A DNA stretch of 64,000 bases, taken from Octopus sinensis. Lineage: Eukaryota. The notes beneath the pieces were generated by a model. The model was not told where the DNA came from. It searched no databases and worked only from the letters and a program-made list of their open reading frames with translations. Shown one piece after another: positions 51,581-64,000 of this stretch (its first letter is position 1; every line of letters begins with the position of its first letter). The stretch lies in assembly GCF_006345805.1 (NCBI RefSeq), contig NC_043008.1, forward strand, positions 40,424,001 to 40,488,000, read 5' to 3'. The position numbers were made by a program, and so were the translations under genes.

Positions 51581-54500
51581 ATATATTATTTTATCTTTTA
51601 TCTTCTTCTTATATGTATATACATACAATTTCCTCTTAACTAACATTGTGCATGGTCTTGTATGATTATTGAATATTTTTCCGCGTCACATGCAGCCTAA
51701 AGTGTTTCGTTGAGCAAGTCAAATCACCTTCACTTGATTATTTCTGTGACATTAGCATTTATATAACTTAATCTTTAATTGGTAGTGTAACAACAATTTA
51801 CAGTTGCCATTTATTCTGTTCATGACACATTTCGATTCAAGTCGCATAAGGAACACACCATGACATTTAAATTTTTGTCATACGTGAAATGATACATGCG
51901 GCATCGAAATTCTTTTTATTGTCTAAATATCAGGTACCAAGATATCGCATCTTGACACATTCCAACGAATCAATGCTTCTTTATTGCAATATGAGCTGTA
52001 TATAGATACACGCATATATATATATATATATATATATATGAGACTCTAAAGCATAGAAAAAATAAAAATCTATTGAATAACCGTATAGATTTAGGCTTGT
52101 CTTCTATTCACTCAAACATTTAAACTCTAGAATATTTTAAATAGAAATATGTAGGCTCTTCCACTGGTGTTCTTTCTTTCTAACTGTACCTTTTTAATAT
52201 AAAGATAAATAGTATTTGTACTATGCTAACTTTTAATTGACTTTATAGTCAATTTAATTAACTTTACTTAAATCATATAAATTGCTAATATTTCCTAATT
52301 CTATTCTAAATTTAATAGATAATACTATTCCCTTAATGATACATGTAATTTTCACTATATATTTTGAATAAGTAACATTCCCCCACCATTTACTATTGAA
52401 TTTATTTGACCTCTAGATGTTGACCTAAATTCTTTCTTACAATATATAAACTTAAGTTAAAATAGAAACAATAATTAATAATTAACCTTCTATTCTAGTG
52501 TTATGCTTAACTTTCTTACTGTATCTTCCTCTACTGATAGCCTATGACCCCTGTAATGCTTTCCTTTGATCTCTCTGTATTCTTTATCTTACCATTATCT
52601 CTGTGAGTTTCTCAGTTCAGAGCTAGTGGTGGTCAAACTTAGCGTTCTTTTATGAATTTAAGATCCCTTCAACACTGACCTAGATTTTCTGTCACCACAG
52701 AAATAAACTAACCTTTGTCTGTGGTATATCTATTCCCTATTACTCCTTCACTCCCTTCCTCCCATGATGTCCTTTATTTCGGCCGAACCTACGTCGCTGT
52801 CCATCTTGCTACTACAACCAAATTGTATCTGCAACAGTTTAGATGTGAAATGAACCGATGTGTAACCAACAGCTTTCCTTACGTCTCTTGGAATTTATAT
52901 TTATATCTGCATCTTTATGGATGGATTTACCTTCTATGAGAAGTTAATCATTATAAAATCTATTTTTTTAAACTGTGCATTATTAGGAAACATTTAAGTC
53001 TACTTATTATCTGGCTTCAAATTCATAGAACTCTTAATACTTCATAATGGATAGTTACATTCTCTAGGATGTCTGGAAAACATATATGTGATTTAGCTGA
53101 TGAATACTGGACATTGTATTTGCTGCAATATTTGCAGCTTTAATTAAAACATTCTTAGTACCAAACAATTGTACTAAACTACTAATCCATTCTTGTTGCT
53201 CTTTCCTTGGTTTTATATATATATATATATATATATACATACATATATGTTTGTATGAATACCTACCAACATACACATTCAACCACGTAGTAGTACCTAC
53301 CATGCTTGCAGGGATGCAGATGTGTATATTTATATGTGGTTAAACTATATTTACATTTAAGAATGTGTGGTTATATACACGTAGTTTAAATAGCTATTTC
53401 ATTAAAATAATTTGATGTCTGTACATATGTATATGCAGATAGCTCTTGAATAGAATGAATATATAATACCGCACCGACAATATATTGTATACAAAAATAT
53501 AAAGCCGAAGGAAACGAAATCTCATACAACACAAAAACACATAAATACGCACACACACACACACACACACACACACGCGCAAACACAGAGAAACAAATGT
53601 TTATATACATATCCCCACAAAATCATACATAAAATTCATGAAGGCATATTAAGTTGCGTTTATCTGGTTAAAAGCAAATACTTTCAATTTTGCTTGAATC
53701 TGCATAAATTATGTTTTCATGTGGTTCGGCGCTGCATTCAGCTGCATGTGAAAAGTATATATGCATCAGGCATCTAAGATTTCTTAAGGTATGCAATACT
53801 ATAATGATTAATGGTCCACGTAATTTGAATATTTTCTTAAAGTGCAAATTCTACCGTAATCAATAGAATTTACACACAGTTTATTAGCATATCACCAAAG
53901 AAATCCCTTCATATACAATTCACAGAAATATTCGTTTTACAGGAATGAAGCATTTGCCAGAGATTTTACCCATTTCCGTCTTGTTATCGACAGTACGATA
54001 TTTGGCTGGGGTAGATAACGTGATACATAGCTCAAATAAAGTATCGTCAGAGGGGATGATTTTATAGTCTATATTATCGTTACCAGCAAAACTCAGTTCA
54101 ATTTTTATCTAGGTGTGCCCGGCTGAATTTATCCAGATTTACTCTTTTATGTATGTAGAATTATCGACAATACTCTTACGATCTGATTAGACAACCGCAT
54201 TGCAAAGGTAATTTAATGAACATACCCAATCATATTCATTGTATTTTATGATTATACGATAGCACCATGAAAATGAATGCATACACTAATAGCATTTTCC
54301 TGGTGATTCCTTCAACTCATTAATCCTTAACGTCAACACCGAAAATTTATCACTCATTAATCCATTAATCACATTATTTATCATGTCTATTTCAATAACT
54401 CCGTAACTAATAAAGGCAGAAAGCGTGTATAAATACGAAAGATACTACACCTTCCTATTACAATGTTTTGTTCCCTCTTTTAGTGGTGGGGATATCATGG

Positions 54501-54889
54501 ACACCAAGAAAGTCAATGTAAAATATACACAGATAGCTGTTCTTATGTCATGGATTAAATAATTCATAAACAATCACTAATTGGACGAACAAGTAATGGA
54601 TCCTCTTTCTGGTCGCTATATCTAATTGAAATAATACCTTAATCTACCCTAAATTAAGCTTCACTCTATTGTATTATTGTAAGCCTTCAAAGCAAAATAA
54701 CCTTTGTCTATTGACAGATTAAATGCCTATTTATCATATGCATCCTTGATTACATTTAACCTTGGATTAATAATGATCATATTGGCTGCTGTTAGAAACA
54801 AATGGCTTGCAATTTTAGGGCACCGATCAGATAATTATATCGACCCAAGTCGTATGCAGACCATACGGTAAAAAAGTGGAGAGACAACA

Positions 54890-55145
54890 GAGATACAATG
54901 ATCCCATACGGAGTAGTGTTTCTTCTGTCTCGCTGACTGTTCTTGATCGGAATTCATGAGCACTCGCAGTTTCATTTTTGCTTATTGCTTCTGCACTAGC
55001 AGCATGTTGCAGCAGGTCTTCTTTGCTGTTTACCAAAGATTCTGCCATCTTTCTTTTCTTTCACTGTTGATGCATTCCCCTACGCTAATCAGCCCACGTC
55101 CACCTTTATCTCTCTTCATACAGAGCCTGAGTACATTTGCCTAAG
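54890..55145 (-). mobile_element. R4/Dong-type LINE fragment (GGRGL region)
   Basis: RLCMKRDKGGRGLISVGECINSE followed, after a frameshift, by LVNSKEDLLQHAA. Confidence 0.65.
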
Positions 55146-55180
55146 TACAACAACAGCAACAACAACAACAACTACTACTT

Positions 55181-55220
<40 letters not shown>

Positions 55221-55370
55221 GTATTTCTGTACATGCAGTGTCACATTTAGAAGACAAATGCAACGCTTTTACAAAACTGCCTCGGAAAAGTAGAGGAAGT
55301 TTAGGAAAAAGAGTAGATATCACGTGTGTTTCCATTTAAAAAAATGGTAACAAAACAAAACAACAGCAAC

Positions 55371-55426
<56 letters not shown>

Positions 55427-55429
55427 AGT

Positions 55430-55590
55430 GTTGGTTTCAAATTTTGGTGCAAGGACATCAATTTTAGGGAGAGGAAAGTCGATTAAATCGACCCCAGTGC
55501 TCAACTGGTACTTACTTTCTCGACCCCGAACGGACGGAAGGCAGAGGTGACTTTTGTCCGACGTGCTAACGAAGCTGCCACGTCACGCTG
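55430..55590 (-). mobile_element. Decayed reverse copy of the same SINE family
   Basis: AGTCGATTAAATCGACCCCAGTG..CTGGTACTT..TCGACCCCGAA is the reverse complement of the 49550-49620 segment. Confidence 0.7.
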
Positions 55591-55619
55591 TCAACATTGT
55601 TAATAATGACTTGAAACTG

Positions 55620-56910
55620 TAGGCTAAATCCGACAACGAGGTGGAGGGACTGGTGCAGACAGTTTAAGCTTTCAGTGACGAAGCATGGCTTGTTTGAAAT
55701 GGATAAATGAGCGAAAGCAACACTCAAGATATTCAGAAGGATGACTACAAAACCAATTGAAACGTATGTGGATACAGTAATCGAGGAAGAGTAACAGGAA
55801 CAAAGCTACGATGAAAACAGAGATATTCAGCATACCAATATGAAAGATTATCAGGAAGAAATTATACTGGAGAGTTCATGCTGCCATGAAATCAGAGTCC
55901 CACTCGAAGAATAAAAAATGTGCTATAATCTGTTGTTCAACACATATGGCCGTCTATATTTGCAACATCATAAAATGAAGCGTTAGCTTAAGAAAGTAAA
56001 TGCACACCAAAATCTAAGGAAAGGTCTAACTTGTAATATAAGCTACATCACCCAAAAGCAGTTTTGGATTGACTCTATCTCTCTACACAAAGTGGAGGTA
56101 GAGCCAAAGTTTGCTGCCATGCAAAATATTAATCAATGGTCTCGAGCAATTCCTTCAAATTACTGATAACTGGATGCAGGAAATGGCTGCAGGCATGAAA
56201 AGAAGACAAAATTTACATTTAGTCACGAATCAATGTAGGAAGTTTGCGGAAGAATTTGGAATATTTAATGGATGGGTTTGGAAATTATGATAATTATGCA
56301 TTTAAAGCTGCTAAAAACATCGAAATATTGGCAAAAAATCAATGTCAATTTAACTGTGCGTTACATGAGATCAAAAACACTGTTTGAGCTGTATCTCCTC
56401 CTTTGTAAATAAAGTGGCGTAGATTTAATGCCCACCAACCAAAAACTACAGGGTTCCGGTCTAAAAGACGGGAGTGAAGGCATCAATTTGGCCACACAAG
56501 ACCACCGTCTTTCACTGCGCGTAATCAGATATGGAGACGAGCCAAAATGTTGATGAAAATGTGATGAAAAAGTTGAGAACATTCATTACCCTGTTTCAGA
56601 CTGTAAAACATTGGACTCAGAAGTATGAAACTAGACATGTTAGAAAAGAGCAATGTTTACATAGCATAATATGCAGGCCATGTGACAAAATATAGTGGGA
56701 AAATGGTACAAATATCTTCCAGCGGATTAACACAAGAGAGGATTGTAACAATTCTTTGCTTTCTCTTATTTTTTTTGTAACCACCTTCAGAATAACCAAA
56801 GCCAATAAACTTGATATGATTTTCAAAAACCGTTCAGGCAAAACATACTTTGAGTAACGGTATGGCACTCGGCAAGATATGAGAAAGTTGCTAAATTAAA
56901 AGGTAGTTAC
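55620..56910 (+). mobile_element. Decayed R4/Dong-type LINE (RT C-terminus to REL domain)
   Basis: Interrupted translation: EVEGLVQTV*AFSD, DK*AKATLK, LHHPKAVLD*LYLSTQSGGR, GSGLK..EGINLATQD, PKC**KCDEK, KWY, KANKLDMIFKN. Confidence 0.7.
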
Positions 56911-57012
56911 AAACAGCAACAGCAACAGCAGCAACAACAACAACAACAACAACAACAATAATAACAAGTTCCAGCTCCGCGCTGAATAAAAATATGTATG
57001 TGCTACACTCGG

Positions 57013-57260
57013 GTGCTTGAAAATGATCACATCTCACTCCTCTTGAAATCCACTTTTCAAACGGATAGAAAGATAGATGCGAATAGGCCAGATATCATAT
57101 TGAAGGACTTCAGACAAAATTAATGCCTCCTTATTGATATGACCGTCCCAATCGACATAGATGTATCTGTCAAAGCCTACCGAAAACTAAGCAAGTATAA
57201 TGACCTTGAAATAGAAATTGGCAAAATGTGGAATCTCAAAACTTATACCTTTTGTCATAG
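57013..57260 (+). mobile_element. R4/Dong-type REL endonuclease fragment
   Basis: VLENDHI..FQTDRKIDANRPDIILKDFRQN*CLLIDMTVPID..KLSKYNDLEIEIGKMWNLKT (PD..D..K motif). Confidence 0.85.
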
Positions 57261-57470
57261 ATGACCAAGCCGTGCTGGATGCTGAAGAAAGCAAAAGTTT
57301 CTTGTTAGACATATGTTCCCGAGAGAAACAAAATGAAACTGAAGCAGAGTAGTTAAAGACGATCAAAGAAGAGCAGGAGGATTTGAGAATAACCGAGGAG
57401 ATGATTAGAGATCAGTGCTGGAAAAGTCCTAACTGGAAAGCGCCTGGCCCAGACAAAATACTGAGTAGTG
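57261..57470 (+). mobile_element. R4/Dong-type pre-RT fragment
   Basis: DAEESK..IKEEQEDLRITEEMIRDQCWKSPNWKAPGPDKI (NWKAPGPD motif), placed downstream of an REL fragment, so out of the natural order. Confidence 0.7.
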
Positions 57471-58389
57471 ACATTCAAGTACCGGCCTGGATGAGAAATG
57501 TAAGAATGGTACTAAGCCAGAAATACCTAAGTAAAAGGAATGCGGTTGGGAATTTCCGACCATGCCTTTCTGACATTTAATTATTATAGGATTTAAATAC
57601 ACTAATTTGATCATGTAGAAATTAAATTACTAGCGTAATTAACGTAAACATCACACGTAATACGCCATATTGTTTCTACGTAGCAATCATCTTATTTTAA
57701 TAGAAAGTATGCGTACCTCTAATAACGTAGACGGAATACAATCTCCAAATTTCACAAACGTAAATGGAACGATATAACCTATTTAGTCAAGAACTTTGTG
57801 GCATATCATCGTCCTGTGTGATGTATTATCTCAGCTTTCTCTGAGTAACAGCAACGTTTGTCTAAATAGCCCAATGACATGCGAGAAGATAATCCGTTAA
57901 TTCTTGCAATTATTTTCTCTCCTTATTTGTGCTATCTATTCGCATTTGAATTTAGATAAACTTAGCATCTGCTAGATCATTTGCAGATTTAATTTCTTTC
58001 AACAACTTTAGGTTGCACTTTGTCAATTATAATACTCATTTCTACTTGAGTTACATATCTCAAAGCTGTTAAATCACAGCAATATCACTAAGAAAATATC
58101 ATTTCACAATTAATATATATATACTAGACAGGGGATCGAAATACTCACAATTTTCATTAGAATATCTTCAGCAGAAATATTGCAATTTTGCATATACGCC
58201 TACACAATCAGAAATTCAAACACATTAAGCACAATGAACGGTTATGATGCTCGCGGTTAATGTATATTATTTTCCTCGCCATCACTCTAGCAAAATATCT
58301 CCAGTAATAAAATCTTTTTTTCACGTTTTGCATACGCAGTTCTCCCATATGCATATAATATTCATGCATTCGTCTATTTCGATAGTTCC

Positions 58390-58671
58390 ATCATCATGAT
58401 CATCATCATGATCATCATCATCACCATCATCATTATCATCATCATCATCATCATCTCCTAAAGCAGCACCATCTTCCTGCTCAACATCATCACCACCACC
58501 GCAACAACCACCTCCACCACAACCACCACCATCACCACCACCATCACCATCAACACCCTCCTTCTCCTCCTCCTCATCATCATCATCATCACCACCACCA
58601 TCATCACCATCATCACCACCACCACCACCATCATCATCATCACCATCATCATCACCATCATCATCATCATC

Positions 58672-58729
<58 letters not shown>

Positions 58730-58925
58730 CCACCACCACCACCACCACCACCATCATCATCATCTTCATCATCATCACCATCCCCTTCATCTTCCTCCTC
58801 AACATCATCATCGCCACCACTACCAAAAGTAACAGCAACTCCCATTCCGCCACTATAACTATCATCATCAGCAGCAGCATCATTATTATCGGTAGAAGCA
58901 GTAGAAGCAGCCTCTTCGTCATCAT
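58390..58925. repeat. (CAT)n/(CAC)n compound triplet repeat
   Basis: Directly visible. Confidence 0.95.
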
Positions 58926-59895
58926 TAAGCTTCGTGTTACTCTTATTCGGTTTGTAGTTTTCTTCTTGCTTATATTTATATTAGTACTATGAACGGTTTT
59001 GTTGTTGACTTGTAAGTTGTTTTTGTTGTTGTTGCTGTTCTTATATATATACTGGTTGTTTTTAGCTCAATAGCTTTCATTAATACTTTTATGATCAATA
59101 AAGAATTTTTAGTGGATTCTTCGGAAAAGCATCAATTGTCCAGGTCTTTTGGGTTAGGCAAGTCCTGTTCATCTGCACGCACATCTTCATTCACTCTTAA
59201 ATCCTACCTCATATACACTCTTAAGTATATCAACCCTGCAACCCCTATTATCTAACCAACTTTCTATTCTCAATACAAACTTCTGATTATTGCTAATTTC
59301 TTCAATAGCATTTATTTGATCAAAGCATGAAAGGAAGCCATACATCAAAGCTTCCCTCTCAGCCGGTATGTTGAGATTCCATAATTACGTGCTACACAAC
59401 GTAGACATTGAAATATAAATGGTCTTTTGGTTTAGAAAATGAATGAAGCCAGAATCAGTAATATCCGTGGATTTCAGATATATTGCTTACTGGCGAAGAC
59501 AATAAAATATGTTTACATTGATTTGAACTGATTTCGTCATTTTCTTATGTTCTCAAACACGATATATGACATGCTTAGATATATTTGTTTGCTTCACTAT
59601 GCTAACGACTTGCAGCAGCAAACGATAACAAAAAAAAATGACCTACTGGTTCAGTACTTCAAAAGCACTAGAAAAAAATTACCATATATAATGATTCTTT
59701 ATCCTTTATATTGTGCTTTTATCATTTTATCTTTTTCTTTCCTATGAAAATATATCAGAAATATCTGCATGTAAACACAATGGAACCACTCTGTTATATC
59801 CATATCCATATCTATATACAATCATACATATATATCTAAACATACACAGATATTCACACACAGACACACACACACAAACACACACATGCACACAC

Positions 59896-59944
<49 letters not shown>

Positions 59945-62900
59945 ATATATATACAGGGGGAAAAGAAAACAAGATCTCATCAAAGAGAATAGTATTTTTA
60001 AAAGTCAAAACATATGGAAATGATGGTTGTGATATAACAGTTTATTTATTTATTATTAACAACTTATGATATAACAGCATAGTTATTGACCGCTCACAGA
60101 TTGTAAGCTCATCTTGAAAGCGACTTTGGATCCTGACTCATGCATTAGTCGCATTGTCACTAGGAAGATTTTGGAATACGTTCTCGATCTTAGCCACAAA
60201 TTCAGCCTTCATGTTCAAGCATTTCTCTAGCTTTTCTCAGCCGAACCTTACAGAGTAATCCATATTATTACAATCAGCGTACGTGGAATGCGAGAAGCTG
60301 GTCTGATAAGTAAGTAGAAACTCTCCGACATCGACTCTTAGGGTATAACAAAGAGCCGAATCCTATTGGCGCACATATGGCCTTCCACCAGAGCTTTTCC
60401 TCCGGGCAGGGTTTTACATCAATTTCCAACAGCTTGACATGGCTGTCTCAGTTGGGCCTAGAAACTGTTAGTCAGCTGTAATAAGAATAATGGCATGTGA
60501 ACGCAGTCTTAACGCCTCGTGTGTCGTTTTCGGCTGACCACGGACTCATCGTCTCAGTTGAAGCTGCTATGTCCATGACGTAGAGCCTTTGCAATGCTCA
60601 CTACGAATCCTCATGATACTGGTAAACCTTTTACAGTAGCCAGTTGCAATCCAATTAGGTCTCACCACGTCAGTTGCCTTTATCTCAATTACTACTCTAA
60701 TCCTTATGCTCTCCAACGCCCGTGAATGTTCCTGGGAGAAATTAATAATCGTGAAATTTAACCCCAAAACCATGCACACGCAAACATACATGCATACATA
60801 CACACACAGGCACAGATTTTACTAAATGCTCCGAGGTGAGAAAAAACGACAGATACCGATAATCCGCTGTTATTGCATCGCATCAGGGTCTTATACACAT
60901 TAGAATATAGAGTTTACGTTGTGTGTATATATTTCAGGTCAATGATTGGAATCCACTTCGAAGGTCAGTTGAGTATAGGGTAATGATGAGCTGCAATAAA
61001 AGCTAAATATTAATATTTGTTGTTCTCGTACACCTCCGTAGCGAATCGTTTGGTACGTCAATGAGCTACACCATATTTTTGAATACACTACATGTTTTTA
61101 AATAGACTTTCCCATGACAAATTACTTCGCTCTGAAATCCTTTAACAACGCACATATATTAAATCTGTGACATTCATAATATTTACTATGTATATAGCTC
61201 AAATTTACTGTTTCCAACAATCACCAGTTTTGTTTTGTTTATTTTTTTCTAACAACACCTTTTCCGCATACTCAGACTTAAGTATATTTCTAAGGTTAAT
61301 CTGTTAACAACATACAGACTGAAGAGGCTCATTCTGCACAAACTCAACGTAAAAAGCACTCTTCAAATAACGAATAAATAAACACATATGTGTGTGTACT
61401 TCTGTATACTATTAAATAGCTTACACCAGTAGGACATAATATATCAACACGATTCTGATATCTCGTTTAAGTTGACATGCATACCAATAATATATGACGA
61501 AGCTAGTGCAAGTCATGCTAAATAAGTATGAAAGTTTGAAAGTTTAAAACTCATAATGCGTAAGACGATCGTTTTGCCGTCGATGGGGGCATGAGAATCT
61601 TCAATTGTCTTCTTCATCCATCTTGACTTTCACAGTAAATTATACAAAATCACAATCAATGACAATAACGATTGCAATGTTAGAAGTGCCAGCGATAAAA
61701 ACAGGAATATATGACTTTAAACACTTAATGCCAGTAAGAAATCTAATAAAATATCCGTCCCTTTAAAGTAAATAATACAACTGACACATTACACAAGTTG
61801 TGTTGATTTTCTAAGTCTTCCTGTGTGATAAATTTGATTCGAGGTGGTATTTATGGGAAGCATGGACTTCATCTGAATGATTCCACGTATTTGCAAGTTC
61901 TTCTTTCCCGTATCTAAAACATTCTGTTGTCATAGCAATATATATATATATATATTTATATATACAAGTATATGTATGTGTGTTTGTCTGTAAGCGTGCG
62001 TATGTGTGTGTCTGTGTGTTTATATCTGTAAAATTTGGTGTCACAAGTGCGAAGCCACACTTTATGTCGGTGCGGTTTAACTGTTTATATAGCTCGTAAT
62101 TTAATACCATGCAGGTTATTGTTGAGACTCATTTGAAATGAACTTAGGGAACTGAATACCAAACGCAGACTGCTATCAATTATTTCAGCGCTTTAAAATA
62201 TCTGTCAAAAGTACGTCAAAGAACTTCCGTAATTATTATTCCATTTCGAACTAAGCGATAATGAAATATATAATATTCGCCAGCTCCGACATTTGCTGAA
62301 GAAAATATAAATACTCCATAAAATGCTGGAGAGAACTTAATATGTTATCAAGTAACCTCAGATCCAGTTCACAAGAATCTAATATTACACTCATGATAAT
62401 TCTCAAAAGAATCCGAACTAACTTCAGCGCAATGATTAGTTTGTTTAGAAAGACTAGAAAATTACTAGCATTGTCTCTAGATTATATATTTTTTCTTACG
62501 CAATATCTCATACACTAGTTATAGCGTGATGAGGTAGAATTTTCCTGAAGCTGATATTCGTCACCAGTTCGTATCCAATTTCAGTGGCGATAGTATAAAT
62601 ACAGGGATGAATTTCGAAACATTCTTATATTAATGAAAATTATGTATCATTATTTTAGGTAACGTAAATAGATGGACACAACATGACACAGATGAACTGC
62701 TTCAATGAAATACTTTTAATCGAAGAACAAATGAAGCATTGTCATATGAAATACAAAGAGGGTTTCTTTCAATAGAGGAATCTCTACTCAACAAAAAATA
62801 TTCAGTTTGAACCACTCATGTATGATAAAATCTTTCTGTTCACTTTTTTATTATTTCGGTAGAGCACTACTAGTTATTGGAAGTTGCGTACCGTTAAAAT

Positions 62901-63828
62901 CTTCATCTGAATCAATTTTCAGTGCACTGCTTGCTACCTGCATTGAGACTTGTATTCATAGTTCTCCTGGCAGAACCCTACAAAATACAAGATATACTTC
63001 ATAGCATTTAAACTAGATTAAAGTTATTGACATTTTGAACAACACAACACAAATTGGATATAGAATATGTTGCATTCAATTCATATTTTCTAAGTATATA
63101 CAACTCAAAGTACAGCACAGAAAAGTTAAAATTAACTAATTTGCGTTGGCACATATAAAGATCATTCATACATTAAACAAAGTAGTATATGAACATTTAT
63201 ATTGCTATGGCACAACACTGTTGCAGCAAAAGTAGTGAATGAATTATTCATAAAATGTATCGAATATTTAAAGTTTTCATGCCGTAACTTACTTATTAGT
63301 AGATGCAAATATAACAGAAAACAAAACACCCCCTCCCAACAGCGAATAACTTAATTTCTGTATGAGTTGAAACCCTGTACAGAATTATATACTAAATATA
63401 TTATTCAGTCTGACAACTATCAAGTGATTCAAACCAATGAACCCAAGGTAATTTATTTCCTGAATCATCAGTTGAAGAAGGAACGAAATTATCGCATTGA
63501 AAATCAGCACTGTTTATAATTTGCATCCATTAAACAAACTCCGTTTGCTATTTGGAGCAATTGTATGAAACTTTTGTAAACATTAGCCAGACATTATATA
63601 AAATATATGTTTAAATTGATTACCAAGATTGTTAATCTCAATGATTTATTTAGCATAATATTCTTACAAGCGTGATGATATACAATTAATTCATGCATGT
63701 GTGTACGTATGTAAGTCTGTATGTATGTGTGTATGTATTGTGTGTGTTGGTGTATATTATTTAATTTCGTATATACGTGTATCATTTTATCTCTCCCTCT
63801 CACTCTTTCTTTCTGACTCTCTCTCTCC

Positions 63829-63829
<1 letters not shown>

Positions 63830-63867
<38 letters not shown>

Positions 63868-63877
63868 TAGATAGATT

Positions 63878-63920
<43 letters not shown>

Positions 63921-64000
63921 CGATAGATAGATAGATATATAGATAGGTAGGTAGGTAGGTAGGTAGGTAGGTAGATAGATAAATAGATAGATAGATAGGT
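63830..64000. repeat. (TA)n(TAGA)n(TAGG)n microsatellite
   Basis: Directly visible. Confidence 0.95.

Noticed and set aside
58321-58925. Asp/Gly-rich and Met/Val-rich ORFs
   Set aside because: Translations of a (CAT)/(CAC) compound microsatellite; no flanking complex coding sequence.
60080-60720. GC-richer block with faint RTE-like wording (LQLRR*VRGQPK)
   Set aside because: Probably an old LINE relic, but the motifs are too eroded to support.

Overview
AT-rich, microsatellite-laden eukaryotic genomic DNA. The tRNA-derived SINE families resemble those I recall from octopus genomes (inference). I cannot identify a host protein-coding gene; almost all ORFs in the track are microsatellite or antisense artefacts. 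The main object is a 4.3-kb Penelope-like retroelement (PLE, 40597-44910, minus strand, GIY-YIG endonuclease, Neptune-like) inserted in a (TA)n tract. It has ~712-bp inverted pseudo-LTR arms, a 35-nt one-sided tail and a minimal type-I hammerhead ribozyme with a U3-A8 variant core in each arm. An upstream ORF is joined to the RT frame at an in-phase U_UUU_UUA heptamer, a candidate programmed -1 frameshift. An unrelated 343-bp non-coding element (19600-19942) repeats the same tail / inverted-arm / hammerhead / TA-target layout, and several decayed hammerhead-like motifs lie elsewhere. Also present: a 5'-truncated young CR1 LINE, a nest of R4/Dong-type LINE fragments, RTE and Tc1/mariner relics, many SINEs, a 1.4-kb near-perfect palindrome and local duplications.
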